Source of the DNA: Antedon mediterranea
Lineage: Eukaryota > Animalia > Echinodermata
Reading direction: 5' to 3'
DNA length: 64,000 bases
Assembly (NCBI RefSeq): GCF_964355755.1
Contig: NC_092677.1
Location: 25,035,175 to 25,099,174 of the forward strand
In this document: positions 1 to 12,614 of the stretch, piece by piece
Layout of the letters: the number at the start of each line of letters is the position of its first letter
Position numbering within the stretch: position 1 is the first letter of the stretch
Notes under the pieces: generated by a model
What the model saw: only the letters and a program-made list of their open reading frames with translations
What the model was told of the DNA's origin: nothing
Databases searched by the model: none
Translations under genes and position numbers: made by a program

Positions 1-853
1 CTAAGTGTTATTAAATACTATAAACACAGACAGTATCCATGTTTTTCTTTTATTGATTTTTCTATTGCTCGTAGATCTACAATACAACATCATGATATGG
101 GATGTAAGGGCGAAAGTAACATTTTTATTATGATTTAACAAACACAAATAACTCTTATAACTCATTTGATGTTACATGACCCATTTGTCTATATTCAATT
201 AAACAATATACAGTACACACAGGTCATATGCATAGAAGCATACACTCAATTTTTGCACGCGTAATTTTAACGGTGACGTTTCTTCGAGTTTTCGGTCCGA
301 CAGAGGTCGTTATTTTTCTCTAAAGCGAATATTCTACCCTGGTATTTGAGTTTATAAGCGCAGCGCTGTTAAAGACTTGTCAAACTTAAACCTGATAGAT
401 CTCCTCCGTAATGCTTCTCAAAATTCGTCGGGCACTGAAGTGCAACTGGGTTAACTGATATCTTCAGAAAATTGCCGAAACAGCCAATTTTGAATTCCAA
501 AAAGAACTGTTAAAGGACAACAACAACAAATGATGACAACAAATCCAGTATAGGCCTATTCAAATGTATTTAACCGAAACTAAATCAATAATTTTGAAAT
601 ACATTCTACGATTTGCATAAAATTGATCAATTATTAGTATCCGGAAGAAAGACATTTAATATGAATCATCTACATCTTTATACAGATTCCATAATGGGAA
701 CTATTCAAACTAACCGATCTGAGATTTCGTCATTTCCGTGAGGGTATATATTCCGATTGGTTTCGGATAACATGCTGAACTTTCGAGAGGAAATAAAACG
801 ACGAATACAATCATTCTCAAAAGTAAAGAGACCAACAGAAGCTGTGTTTAAAA

Positions 854-3800
854 ATGTCTCCACCAGCAAAACGGTCAAAGACCGCTTCTGAATCTGATTT
901 GCCGTATAACTACAAGGAATGGACTGTCGACAACGTCTATACCTATTTGTCAAAGAAAGGATTGGAAGATGAAGCAGAGTGCTTGAAAAGTAAGTATTAA
1001 GAAACCTATGTTTTTGACAGTCCTTTTTCACATTTTTTTTGACATAAAAGAAAGTTGAACAATAATGGACAATAATAATTATTTAATTTATAATTTATAG
1101 GTTTGTTTGTTTTATAATATATTTCTTAATAAATAATTAGTTAAGTATAAAAATCATGTTTGGAACAAACTATAACTACAGTAGGCCTACGGAGAGGCGG
1201 GTGGCATTTGATCTTTCCACGCACCGGCAATTATTGCATTCTCTCCCAAAACTGTTTCTATTATGTGTTGGATATCCTTATGATTTTGGGCAGAAAAATC
1301 TCCTTCCTATCACAAACAAAGGAAGATTTGCTTAGATTTTTGATACAAAAATAAACGTCACGCACTAACCGAGAAAATGGAAAAACCCACACTAGTAAGT
1401 TTTTCTTTGGTATGCGACGTATTGAACTGTGACTTTTGGAAATTATAAATCGTTTTTAATGCTAACAAGGCAAGCCAAATTCAATTGAAATTGAAAAAAA
1501 AACCACACTAGTAAGTTTTTCTTTGGTATGCGACGTCTTGAATTGTGATTGGCTAAAAATAGGCCTAGTTACATCTTTGTAATGCAAACAAGAATCCAGG
1601 TAAGCAAAAATCACTGGAATCGGAAAATCCCACACTAGTAAGTTTTTCTTTGGTATGCGACGTCTTGAATTGTGATTGGCTGAAAATAGTTACATCTTTG
1701 TAATACAAACAAGAATCCAGGGAAGCAAAAATCACTAGAAATCGGAAAAACCCACACTAGTAGGTTTTTCGTCGGCATGCAACGTATCGAATTGTGATTG
1801 GCTGAAAATCTATAGTACCGTACGTCTTTCTAATGCTGGTAAGTTTTTAATATAATAGTATGGTATGCGATGTCTTGAATTATTAGGCCTACTGGCTGCT
1901 TGAAAACTATTAAATCCGTTATAAAATGCAAACAAGAATCCCGGTATGCCAAAATCATTGGAAATCCGGAAATAAATTTGTTTTCTATACCCAGGGAGTT
2001 CCCGGAGTTGTTATTAGACAACTCCCTGCTATACCTAAGTAGACATGAGCCTATAATAACCGGAAATAACAAGTAAAACAAAGTTCCTTATAGATAAATG
2101 ATATAACTTGAAATAACTCCAAATTAATATATCTGTTGGTAATCTCGTGTCCATATAATATGATAAGAAATGCTATGAGCAAGAGTAAATTATTAATTAT
2201 CTCATTTATTTAATTATTTAATAGCAAACAAAATTGATGGAAAAAAGTTACTTGGTTTAACTGAAGAACAATTGAAAGAAATCGGACTCGTGTAAGTTAT
2301 TTAAAATTGTGGTTTTGTGTTTTATTTTGAATTATGCCTACTGGTATTTAGTTTACAATGTTCAACCCATTGAAAAAAATCATGAAAATGGAGATCTAAA
2401 ATCATCGGACTATTATATTTATATTATAGGACAACCGGTCAGCGACTCAAATTGCAAGAAATTTGTCATGAGTTAAAAAGTAGAGATATCAGTTACAAAG
2501 TAAGAAAAACTAGGCCTACTTTAAAAAAATCTCAGGCCGATACGATTATAGCCATAAGACCTGTTTTCCGCGCGAATCCCTTGAGTTCTGATTGGATCAG
2601 CCATTTTTACGTCACAGAAAGACGGTGGTGGTTGTTATAGAGTTTGTTGTTTTTTTTTGTTTTAAGCATTCGGCTCCAGTAATGTCTATAATAAGTGTTC
2701 AGTGTATTCCGGTGCCAGAAACTATAGGCCTAATATAACAACTTAATTGGTGTACCATCACAATTTGAACAATAGGGCATTCCTATTTTGTTATCACTTG
2801 ACTTGACAGTTGGCATATTTATTTTCATGTTTTCAGATATTCAATGATCCTATCCATGGCCACATTGAGATGCACCCATTATGTATTAGCATCATAGACA
2901 CTGTGCAGTTCCAGCGCCTCCGACAAATCAAACAGATGGGCGGCTGTTATTACGTCTATCCCGGAGCTTCCCATAACCGATTTGAACACTCTCTTGGGTA
3001 TGGTATTCAATGTTATATCCGTTGATAAATTCCACCAATTCATGCTCTTGAGAAAAATTAGGCGCGTTCGGGTTTAGGGTTCTAGGACACCTACCCCCTA
3101 GACAGTTACCCCCCGGATGTTTACCACCCGGACAACTACCCCCTTAGGACATCTACCCCCGGACAACTACCCCCCGGACAACTACCCCCTTAGGACAACT
3201 ACCCCCTTAGGATAACAACCCCCCAAACAACTACCCCCCGGACAACCACCCCTTTAGGACAACTACCCCCTTAGGATAACTAACCCCCGGTCAACTACCC
3301 CCGGTCAACTACCCCCCGGTCAACTAACCCCCGGTCAACTTCCCCCCCCCGCCCCCCAATCCAAAAGTAGACAAATATATAGGACCGGTTTCTGTAAAAA
3401 TGAAATCATCTGTTTTTAACGGGTGTTTCGAAACTAGAGACCCGAGACCAGAGACCTGACACGAGACCCAATATGAAAAGGGAGACCTATATTTGGGTCT
3501 CCCTTTTCGTATATTAGGGTCTCCCTTTTCGTATAGTGTGGTCTCTCTTTTCGTATAGTGGGGTCTCCCTTTTCTTATAGTGGGGTCTCCCTTTTCTTAT
3601 AGTGGGTCTCCTTTTTCGTATATTTGGGTCTCCCATTTTGTATATTTGGGTCTCCCTTTTCGTATAATTGGGTCTCCCTTTTTGTATATTTAGGTCTCCC
3701 TTTTCGTATATTAGGGTCTCCCTTTTCGTCGTATAGTGGGGTCTCCCTTTTCGTATAGTGGGGTCTCCCTTTTCGTACGTGGGTCTCCCTTTTCGTATTG

Positions 3801-6800
3801 GGTCTCGGGTCTCTGGTCTCTGGTCTCGGGTCTCTAGTTTGAAACACCCGTTTTTAACCGATTATTCTGTTTAACAGCACGCTAGACCCTAGATGTGCTA
3901 GATTTAAAGTACCGTATTTATTGAAAAAACGGCCTTGGCTGTTTATTGTTTAGATGGTTTTTAGGTGGACATTTATTGGAAGAAAGTTGTTTATTCGATG
4001 GGAGGGGGTATAATCTAATGGAAATAGACCCCCGATTATTCCATATGATGTTTCATGGGAGTGACATGGTCACCGTTTAGTTGAGGGGAATTTATTTAAA
4101 AAAGATCGCCGTTTATTCGGTGAGTGAACTTTGAGGTCAAATATCAAAAGTGATATTATTCTTCAAGTGTACAAAAATACATATATGACAAATTTGAGAC
4201 AAAAATTAATTCTTTTAAGACCAGTGGTTATCGAAGCATTGTCCTGACGCAAAAATTATTATTATTATTAGCGAACCCAGTCTTTACAGTAAATACAGGG
4301 AGTACTATATAATACGTTCGACTATCCTATGATCATGTGTGACAATCTTCAGTTTATACCAGGCTATATTTATGTTCAATCTTTTACTTTTGTTTACAAT
4401 AATGAATAGTAATTCGTCAAAGTAACGAATTAAAATATAGTTATTAATTCCTATTATACACTGTTGCAGAGTCAGGTTGTTGAATGGTCTGGGTGGTAGT
4501 TGTCCGTCCGGGGGGTAGTTGTTCTAAAGGGATAGTTTTCTGGGTGGTAGTTGTCCAGGGGTTAGTTGTCCTACGGAGGTAGTTGTCCTAAAAGATTATT
4601 TGCCCTCGGAGTATTGTCCAGGTAGGAGGTAGTTGTCCTACGGGGGAGTATTGTGTCAGAGGTAGTTATCCGCGGGGTAATTACCCGGGGGGGGGGTAAT
4701 TCTCCGGGGGTAATTGTCAGGGGTAATTGTTCCTAGGGGGTAATTGTCCCTAGGGGGTAATTGTCCGGGGGGTAGTTGTCCAGGGGTTAGTTGTCCTACG
4801 GAGGTAGTTGTCCTAAAAGATTATTTGCCCTCGGAGTATTGTCCAGGAAGTAGTTGTCCTACGGGGAGTATTGTGTCAGAGGTAGTTGTCCGCGGGGTAA
4901 TTACCCGGGGGGGGGGTAATTGTCCGGGGGTAATTGTTACTAGGGGTAATTGTCCGGGGGTAGTTGTCCAGGGGGTAGTTGTCCTAAGGGGGTTGTTGTC
5001 CTAAGGGGGTAGTTGTCCGGGGGGTATTTGTCCGGGGGGTAGTTGTCCTAAAGGGGTAGTTGTCCTAAGGAGGTAGTGGTCCAGGTGGTGGTTGTCCGGA
5101 GGGTAGTTTTCCGGGGGTAAATGTCCAGGGGGTGAATATCCGGATACGCGGGTTTAGTGATTTACCCGGGTAAGTTAGATACTTATCCACCAAAGTTGCG
5201 ATAATTAGTCCAGCTATGCCGAATGCCATATCTCAAATCTTCAACAAAATAATAATGATTAATAAAAAGTTGTATTTGTTATTAAGCATATTTAGGGCAT
5301 GTATAGCCTATAGTATACCATGTATAGTAAGACAATTTATTAACAGATAACATAATCCTGGTTTTTGGTTTACAGAGTGTCATATCTTGCGGGAAAACAA
5401 GCGAGAATTCTGAAAGATAGGCAACCAGAATTGAACATTACCGCTGAAGATATTCTGTGTGTAGAGATAGCAGGGCTCTGTCATGATTTAGGTATTATGT
5501 TTGACGATGCATCCTATAGTATAGCCTCAGAAACGGCTGATAATAATAAAATGGCAACAATATTTTTCTCTCCCTACCCCACCCCTTCTCTCTCCCCCAC
5601 TTTCTCCTCCTCTCCCCCCGTTTGCTATGATTACGAAGCCCGAATATTACCCATAGGCCTACAATATTTTTTATAGGCCATGGTCCATTTTCACACATGT
5701 TTGATGCGATGTTTATACCTCGTGTTCTTCCAAATTCCGAGTGGAAAGTAAGTTAAAGCATTTTACAATTGTTGTTATTCAATTCAATTCAATTTATTTC
5801 CACAATAATATAACATACAAACAGTGTACTAAATGCAATGAAGTAATCATGTGGGGGGAGAGTCATATAAGTCAGAAAGACTTTAAGTTTGACCCAACCC
5901 ATGATATAACATTATTAAATAAGAATACGAAAAAGAAAAAAAATATATATAATAAAAAACAAAGCTACAATTTCTATTTAAATCATATTATCCGATCTTA
6001 ACGGGTCTTATAAAATATATACATTATTGCACTACTTCTATAATGAAATCGAAATTAGTTAATTATTTTGGAATAACAATCTGTATAAAAAATTATAATT
6101 GATCTTCCATCCATCTTATATATTCTGTCAGTTATGTTGATTACGGTATGAAATGGCGTATGACGACTACACAGCGCAATCTCGGCAATACGTTTTTTAT
6201 GCCCATTCTCCCAATATATCATTTTTATTCAACAGCATGAACAAGCGTCCATAAAGATGTTTGATCATCTCGTGAAAGAAAACAATTTGGTAGAAAAGTT
6301 TGAATTACATAACCTGAATGAGAAAGATAGGATTTTCATCAAAGAGCAGATCTATATGGACAAGGAGAAGGTGAGTAGACTTTGAAAACAGCAACATAAC
6401 AGAGACAAATTTGTGACTGCAATTAATTTTTCAAATATTCATACGGTAGATCAAGAAGAAAGAATATGAAGGGCGACCGAAGAAAACATTTCTATACGAG
6501 ATTGTTGCGAACAAAGTGAATGGAATCGACGTGGATAAAAGCGACTATTTCGAACGTGATTGTCTCATGCTTGGTATCAAAAACAGTTTTGATTACAGTC
6601 GTTTCATGAAGTTTACTAAAGTCATAAAAGTGAATGACCAGTATCAGATATGTACACGAGACAAGGTAGATTATTACACCCTTCCAAACAATCTCTACAC
6701 GACCAGTATAATAACCGTTTGCAACCGTAGGCCCTACTTGCAACTAACATTCCTTGATTCGTTTCTCAGCATCATACATTGTCTATCCATACTTTATTCT

Positions 6801-9800
6801 TTCCCGCAAATAATGTCACTTAATAATAAGATGGACACAGTCGAACGAAGAAAGTCGTTTGACGTTATGCCTATTTATAGGCCTACTTTTTCCTATTATT
6901 AGAAACTTACATTGAAATTTCATGTAAAGAATTGGTCATTCATCCTTCTTGTAAAGTGATAAGACAACGTGGTGCAACGTAAAATTAACATTTTGTTTTT
7001 ATTATTTGTAGGAAGTTGGAAATTTATATGATATGTTTCATACAAGAAATAACCTTCATAGACGTGCCTGTCAACATAAAGTTACAAAAGTCATTGAAGT
7101 GATGTAAGGCCGGCTATATGCTTTTATAGTCCTATTGTATACATTTCTTTTCATTGTAGTTTGAATTGTTCCATTACAGGCATTAAAAAGGTCTACTGTA
7201 ACCAAGGAAATATTTCCTCCATGCTGTAACAGTGCTTGAAGTCGGAAAACAATGATCATTACTGAAAACAATATTTTCATTCCGAGTTTAGAATTTCATA
7301 CTCAAATTCTATGATTTTATTTTTCCAGTAAGTTTTCCCAATATTGTAAATAATGTTTGAATAAAAATTAATGAATAGACATGGTTAACATACCAGGCAT
7401 GAAAGGGCGTATAAGGTGAGTGTCCCCCGGCCTCTGAAAGCTTTTTATAATGCCACGTACGTCCAGTTGTCACTAGTATAATATTTAACTGAATACCGTA
7501 GGCTATTGCAAGTAAAGCTTGGTTCCCACTAGAACTTAACGCAAGGACGTAAACGCAACGCAAGCGTTTTAACCAATGACAAGCGAAGTTATAGACAGTT
7601 ACCAATCACAAGGGAATAAGCCATCGCTTGTGATTGGTCAATTTACTTGCGTTGCGTTACGTCCTTGTGTTGCGTCGCTAGTGGGAACCACGCTTAAGTT
7701 AAATACAAGCCAAGGTATGTTAGATACACATCGGATGACTGAGAAATGCCATGTTTTGTTTGTGGTATACGTAGGATTGTTGATGCGTTGGTGAAGGCAA
7801 ACAAATACCTATTGTTTAAAGGAACAGATGAAAAGGACTTTACAATGTCGGAAGCTATTGAGGATATGACAGCCTATACAAAAATGACAGATAATGTCAT
7901 GTACGACATATTGAATACATCAGACGAGAACCTGTTTCCTGCTCGCAAAATCATCCGGGACATCCTAACGAGGAACCTGTATAAATGTGTTGGTCAAACT
8001 AACCCAAAAGAAAACAAATTGCTTCAGGTAAGAACACACAAGAAACATCTTCAAGAAACGTTTCAGTGTCCACGTAGCTATAAAGCTTTGTTCCCACTGG
8101 GACGTAACGCTAGGATGTAAACGCAACGCAAGCGTGTTGCCCAATGACAAGCGTCAGTTTGAATAATCCATCGCCTGTCATTGGTCAACTAACTTACGTT
8201 ACGTTACGTCCTTGTGTTGCGTCTCTGTAGTGAGAACCAAGGTTAAAGGGCTAATCCAGTTTTCTGGATTGTAGCAACCACCACGGATCGTTTTTTTGAG
8301 AAAAAGTTTTGAATGATTATTAAATAATGCATTTGATTTTACTTTTATAAAGGAATCTATTCCGGAATATAAAAAAGAGCTTTTAGAATGTAACACGAAT
8401 AATCTGAAGCCAGAAAACTTGGAGTTTCATGTAAGTTCACATTTGGTTCAATCTTATTGTCGACAATTGGTTTAGCAGCTATACTATAATAGCTTTGATG
8501 ATATTAAGAATAATTTGATTGGTCAATATTCTAAGATTAGGTATGTTTTATTTCATTAGCTGATTGATTATAATTATGGGATGGACAGTGAGGATCCTAT
8601 CGAATCCGTTGGATTTTATACGAAACACAATCCTGATAAAGCATTTAAGATTCGCAAACATGAGGTGTGTAAAACTATACTTTATTTTTTTCTTAAAGAA
8701 CAAAAATGAACCTCTGAGACCTTACCTAGCGTTGGTGACGTAGGCATACACTAAAAAAATACGGGGGAAAAAATAATAAATTGAGGTTGGAATGAATGTA
8801 TGTGTCTTATATAATAGTTTATGGTGAAAACGAGGCTAGATATTAACACACCGTTTGAGATTTGAATTCTCATAAATAATCATCTTCCCTCAAGAATATA
8901 TAAATTTTAAACCTTGACTTAAGCTCTGTCTACACTGTCAAACTAGTTTGACAAAAAAAAGTGTTATGTTCACACATGGTAGTGATATGCCTAAATATGG
9001 TGGTGATATGACATCATCATGTCCATGGGCACATCACATTTTTTTGTCACATAAAGTTTGATAGTGTGGACAGAGCTTTAGACGGCCTTTGTATGTTTTT
9101 TAAACAAACTACCAGTTAATAAACAAAACAAGTTTGAATCTCATCTTTGTTGAACGACGGTTGTAAACCTACATAATATACATGTTTCGGGAAGCATTTC
9201 CCTAGTGTGAAACTATATTCACATACGTTCATCTTTTGTACGCTCTTCATAACAGGTATCAGGTATGTTACCAGAGAAAGTTTCAGAACAGCAAATACGG
9301 TTGTACTGTAAACTATATGACGAAAAAAGCATTCAGGATGCAGCTACTTGCTTTAAACGATGGTGTGAAGGAAGAGGATGGAAATACATGGTAGGGCCTA
9401 AGGGCTACAGTTTAATTTCACGGTTTTTGTGTATATGCGTTTAGGCAAATGGTTTCTGTTGAAGAGGTGATGTGTTTTCTTTAGGCTATTCATAACAATA
9501 CTGGGAGTTGTAACGAGGCTAGTAGGCATACTTGTGTGTGAAGAAGAGTTCCTTATAACCAGAGATCCGCCCCTGTGTGCGTTTGGTATGTGTGTATTGT
9601 AGACCTTTATAGGCATGTTCATTTTGTCTTATTATCAACATTGTGTTAGGCGTGCATGTGATATATCATCATTAGGCCTATATCTTACAACATTGATCAT
9701 ATTTCTTCCTCATGGAATTATCCTTTTGTATATTTACTGTAGGAAGGAAATGTGGAACCGGACCTTACTCCGTACAAGACAAATCAAATTGCAGATCGTC

Positions 9801-9844
9801 CAGAGCAGGTATCTACGGTCAAAAAGAGACTTATGAATGAATAA
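854..9844 (+). CDS. SAMHD1: SAMHD1-like dNTP triphosphohydrolase, copy A (SAM + HD domain), 14 exons, about 578 aa
   Basis: Exons with GT-AG boundaries and consistent phases: 854-989, 2225-2291, 2430-2499, 2837-2997, 5376-5491, 5677-5747, 6236-6370, 6450-6665, 7012-7103, 7775-8027, 8353-8430, 8560-8664, 9256-9390, 9743-9844 (sum 1737 nt, open). Motifs: MSPPAKRSK (NLS-like); SAM domain (WTVDNV..L...[20 protein letters not shown]); IFNDPIHG; [10 protein letters not shown]; HNRFEHSLG; GLCHDLGHGPFSH; NGIDVDK; [12 protein letters not shown]; C-terminal TPYK. Confidence 0.95.
1378..1900. repeat. Tandem repeat of about 120-125 bp, about 4.5 copies, in SAMHD1-A intron 1
   Basis: Core CCACACTAGTAAGTTTTTCTTTGGTATGCGACGT..TGAATTGTGA recurs near 1387, 1503, 1630 and 1752, and degenerately near 1840-1880. 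Confidence 0.85.
1992..2028. mobile_element. 37-bp palindromic micro-element or transposon footprint with 7-bp target-site duplication
   Basis: CAGGGAGTT...AACTCCCTG flanked by CTATACC at 1985-1991 and 2029-2035. Confidence 0.6.
3078..5148. mobile_element. Non-autonomous foldback / Mutator-like (MULE) element with tandem-repeat inverted arms
   Basis: Left arm (GGACAACTACCCCC)n at about 3085-3350, right arm (GGGGGTAGTTGTCC)n at about 4490-5140. 9-bp direct repeat CGGGTTTAG at 3069-3077 and 5149-5157. 9-bp TSDs are characteristic of MULEs. Confidence 0.8.
3421..3849. mobile_element. Nested MULE-like MITE with internal minisatellite of about 22 bp
   Basis: TIRs GGGTGTTTCGAAACTAGAGACCCGAGACCAGAGACC / GGTCTCTGGTCTCGGGTCTCTAGTTTGAAACACCC. 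9-bp TSD GTTTTTAAC at 3412-3420 and 3850-3858. Internal (GGGTCTCCCTTTTCGTATAGTG)n. Confidence 0.85.
5777..6100 (-). mobile_element. Possible 3' end of a LINE/SINE with (TTGAA)n tail
   Basis: ATTCAATTCAATTCAATTTATTT reads on the minus strand as AATAAA followed by a TTGAA microsatellite tail. The inner boundary is uncertain. Confidence 0.35.
7516..7694. mobile_element. MITE family B (PIF/Harbinger-like)
   Basis: TIRs AGCTTGGTTCCCACTAG...CTAGTGGGAACCACGCT flanked by TAA on both sides. Related copies at 8084, 25858, 28128 and 35712. Confidence 0.8.
8084..8243. mobile_element. MITE family B copy
   Basis: AGCTTTGTTCCCACTGG...AACGCAACGCAAGCG...TAGTGAGAACCAAGGT flanked by TAA. Confidence 0.75.
8922..9077. 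mobile_element. MITE family A (PIF/Harbinger-like, about 150 bp)
   Basis: TIRs AGCTCTGTCTACACT.TCAAACT...AGTTTGATAGTGT.GACAGAGCT with TTA flanks. At least nine copies in the window. Confidence 0.85.
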
Positions 9845-10109
9845 AAATGTCTTTAGACATTTCGGATGTACAGGGGTTGTCAAGTTCCTGGTGGTGTCCA
9901 CCATATGATTCTGACGTCATCCTCTAATTGTGATGAGTTGCACATTAAAGGATTCAGTTTTTTAAACATTTTTTTGGAATATTTCGTAATGTATTAAACA
10001 ATCCTTACAAGAATGAGAGGGGGAATATAGAATTGGAACGTATCATTTCCCGTGTATCCGCCTCTATTTATGCCTCTATATTTTTAGTAGTATCGTATGT
10101 TAATTTTAT

Positions 10110-11298
10110 TTTTATTTATTTTTTTTTTATTTATTAGGTATAACACTCAAAATGCAACAAAAGTTGAAAATCTTATGAGTTTACAAAAGGAACAACAAAA
10201 AAACCGAGATAAAGATATAAAACAATAGGCCTATACTAAAATTGACATAAAAACAAAACCAATTAAAACATCATACAAAAATATAATATGCACAAATTTA
10301 AAATTAATGATTATTATTAGATCTAATTAATAGAAATTCAGAAATATATACAAGTTTAAAATTATTCATTATTCATTATTTAAAAAGTCCACTTAAAATT
10401 TAAATTAAAAAATGTCATTACTTCCAAGGATCAATACAATTACTGTATTATTATTTATTTAAAATTCTTATTGCACTAGGAAGAGTTGAATTCCCATAAC
10501 GGTTAGTTCTACATCTAGGTACACAGTACTTGTTGAAGGAACGTAAAGTCCTCTCGGGCTTGATGTTCTCGGGTATCCACGAAGTGAAACGCCCAGATGT
10601 CACCAGACTGCTTCCAAATTTGGCAAGTACACCTAACCGTCTGTCTTGTAAAGATGTTATATTCAAGATTTCTAAAGTGTCTTGGTACCCCGTGTAGTTG
10701 TTATATCCGATGATGATCTTAAAGGCTCTTTTTTTAACAAATTCCAACTGGGTGCATTGCTGTTTAGTGATTGCTGAATGCCATAGAGGACTAGCATACT
10801 CCAGTAAGGGCCTGATGTACGTTATATAGGTAAAGACAAGATCATCCCGAGGTGCACCATATCGTTTTAAAATATATAACATAAACAAACGACGAGAGGA
10901 CTTGGATATCATTTCATTAACTTGATAATCCCATTTCATGTTCTTTTGTAATAAGACACCCAGTAACTTAACAACAGACTTCTCTTCTAGAACATTGTCT
11001 CCAATTGTTAACGGTACATAATTAGGTTCATTCCTCATAAAATGAACATGCATTACATTGCATTTAGCAGGGTTAGGTTGCATGTCATTCTCATCACACC
11101 AGGTCTGCAAAGTGCATCTAGATAACTCTGAAGAGAATGACTAACCAAAGTAGTATCACCACCTCGAGGTACACGATTAATTTCACCAATCGTCAAATCG
11201 TCCACGAACTTCCATCTCTCAGGAACGTGCTCTAATAGGCCATTTACCATCACCGTGAAAAGTATAGGCCCTAATTTGGTTCCCTGGGGCACTCCACA
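10110..11298 (-). mobile_element. 5'-truncated, frameshifted CR1/L2-group LINE (reverse transcriptase C-terminal half plus 3' UTR)
   Basis: ORFs 11053-11292 (PQGTKLGP...KFVDD) and 10451-11110 (W...NPAKC, KLLGV, YIRPLLEYASPLWH, RTNRY) overlap in different frames. The minus-strand A-rich tail is at about 10105-10135. Confidence 0.9.
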
Positions 11299-11429
11299 TT
11301 ATACTATACTATTATTACTACTATTACACAGTATAAATAAATTATTTATTATGACGTTTGCGGCTATTATTTTTATCTAATAGATGTTTATTGTTTTGTA
11401 TATTTTCATATTAAATAACAATCGTATTA

Positions 11430-11872
11430 ATGAATGATGATGATGATGATGATTACTGCCTCTCCGCTGAAAAGTCTGCCGACATTTCTGCTTGGGCTGC
11501 TCAGTATATCTCTTTTACCAGTTTCTTCCAATCGGATCTTTCATTGGCTAGTTGTTTGATGTCTTTCTTGGTTTTTAATTGTTCGGGATACTCGATATTT
11601 GTGTTCTGCTTATAAAGTCGTTGCTGAAAGTTATTAGTAGTGTGGTTCTCAGTCTTCCTCGAAATGTTATATTGGTAGTGTTGCTGAATAATAGCTTATT
11701 GCTGTGTTAGCTGGTGTACATGGTGGACCCAATAGTCTCCATCTTGCATCGACTATTTCTAACGAAATTGGTTTTGTTCCTGTCCTTCTGTATAAATTTA
11801 TGTTCGATATCCTGTCTGGGAAACTGATACCTATACTTTTGCGAAGTGGCTGTGTGTAAAATATGTCAAGTT
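11430..11872 (-). mobile_element. Degenerate 3' fragment of an RTE-like LINE with (CAT)n tail
   Basis: Minus-strand translation of about 11725-11870 gives LDIFYTQPLRKSIGISFPDRISNINLYRRTGTKPISLEIVDARWRLLG, matching the post-RT motif of RTE elements. (GAT)n at 11434-11453 is the tail. Confidence 0.7.
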
Positions 11873-12614
11873 TTATTAGGCCTAATGAATAAAATATAAT
11901 AAATTATTTTTCTATTCGTGTGTTATTTATTGGCTTTTAAACATTCTGTATCGAGTCAATTATTAGCATGCTAATGCAAAACTTTATTTATCGATAGTTT
12001 TCTCGATTTTCTTTTTACGTAAACTGTAAAAAAAATTGGATAGCGTTCGTAAAACAATTACTGTACGAGAGACGAGAATCATTATATTGTAGAGGGCGCT
12101 ATGCATGGAGTAGGAAACCTATAAAAGACGCGTGGAATCGCCATGCCGTTCTTTTGCTTCCTGGCTGCTTTGGTGAGAGGTGTGTTGTTTGGTTGCTTTT
12201 GTTAAATTGCGGAATAGAAAAGTTAAAAATAATGTTTTAAATTGTTGCATAACTATTGGTTTATGATAATGTTACTACAATATTGTATAATGCAACCCCT
12301 CCCTAGGCTAAGGCATAGGCCTATATCGAGTTTTCTGTATGATTTTTCTTCAACCACGTGTGACGTAACGTATTATAGCAGACCACGTGGCTGCATTGGA
12401 CGAGCTGCGTTTTTTTTTCGTACACAAGTTGGAGACTCCTTATGTGAAAGAGCCGAACTACTTCCTAACTAAACCTAACCCTCTAAATAAACTCTCACTA
12501 TTATTTATTAAGTAAAACGAAGTTGCTCATGGACATGGGATTTGAACCCCATACATAACCTAGGCCTACATCGACATGCAAAAGGTCATACAACATATCT
12601 AATCCATTTGACTA

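Noticed and set aside
705-1031. 108-aa minus-strand ORF
   Set aside because: It is antisense to SAMHD1-A exon 1 and its 5' UTR, with no independent support.
3575-5004. ORFs 3575-3847 and 4744-5004
   Set aside because: They are translations of transposon-internal tandem repeats.
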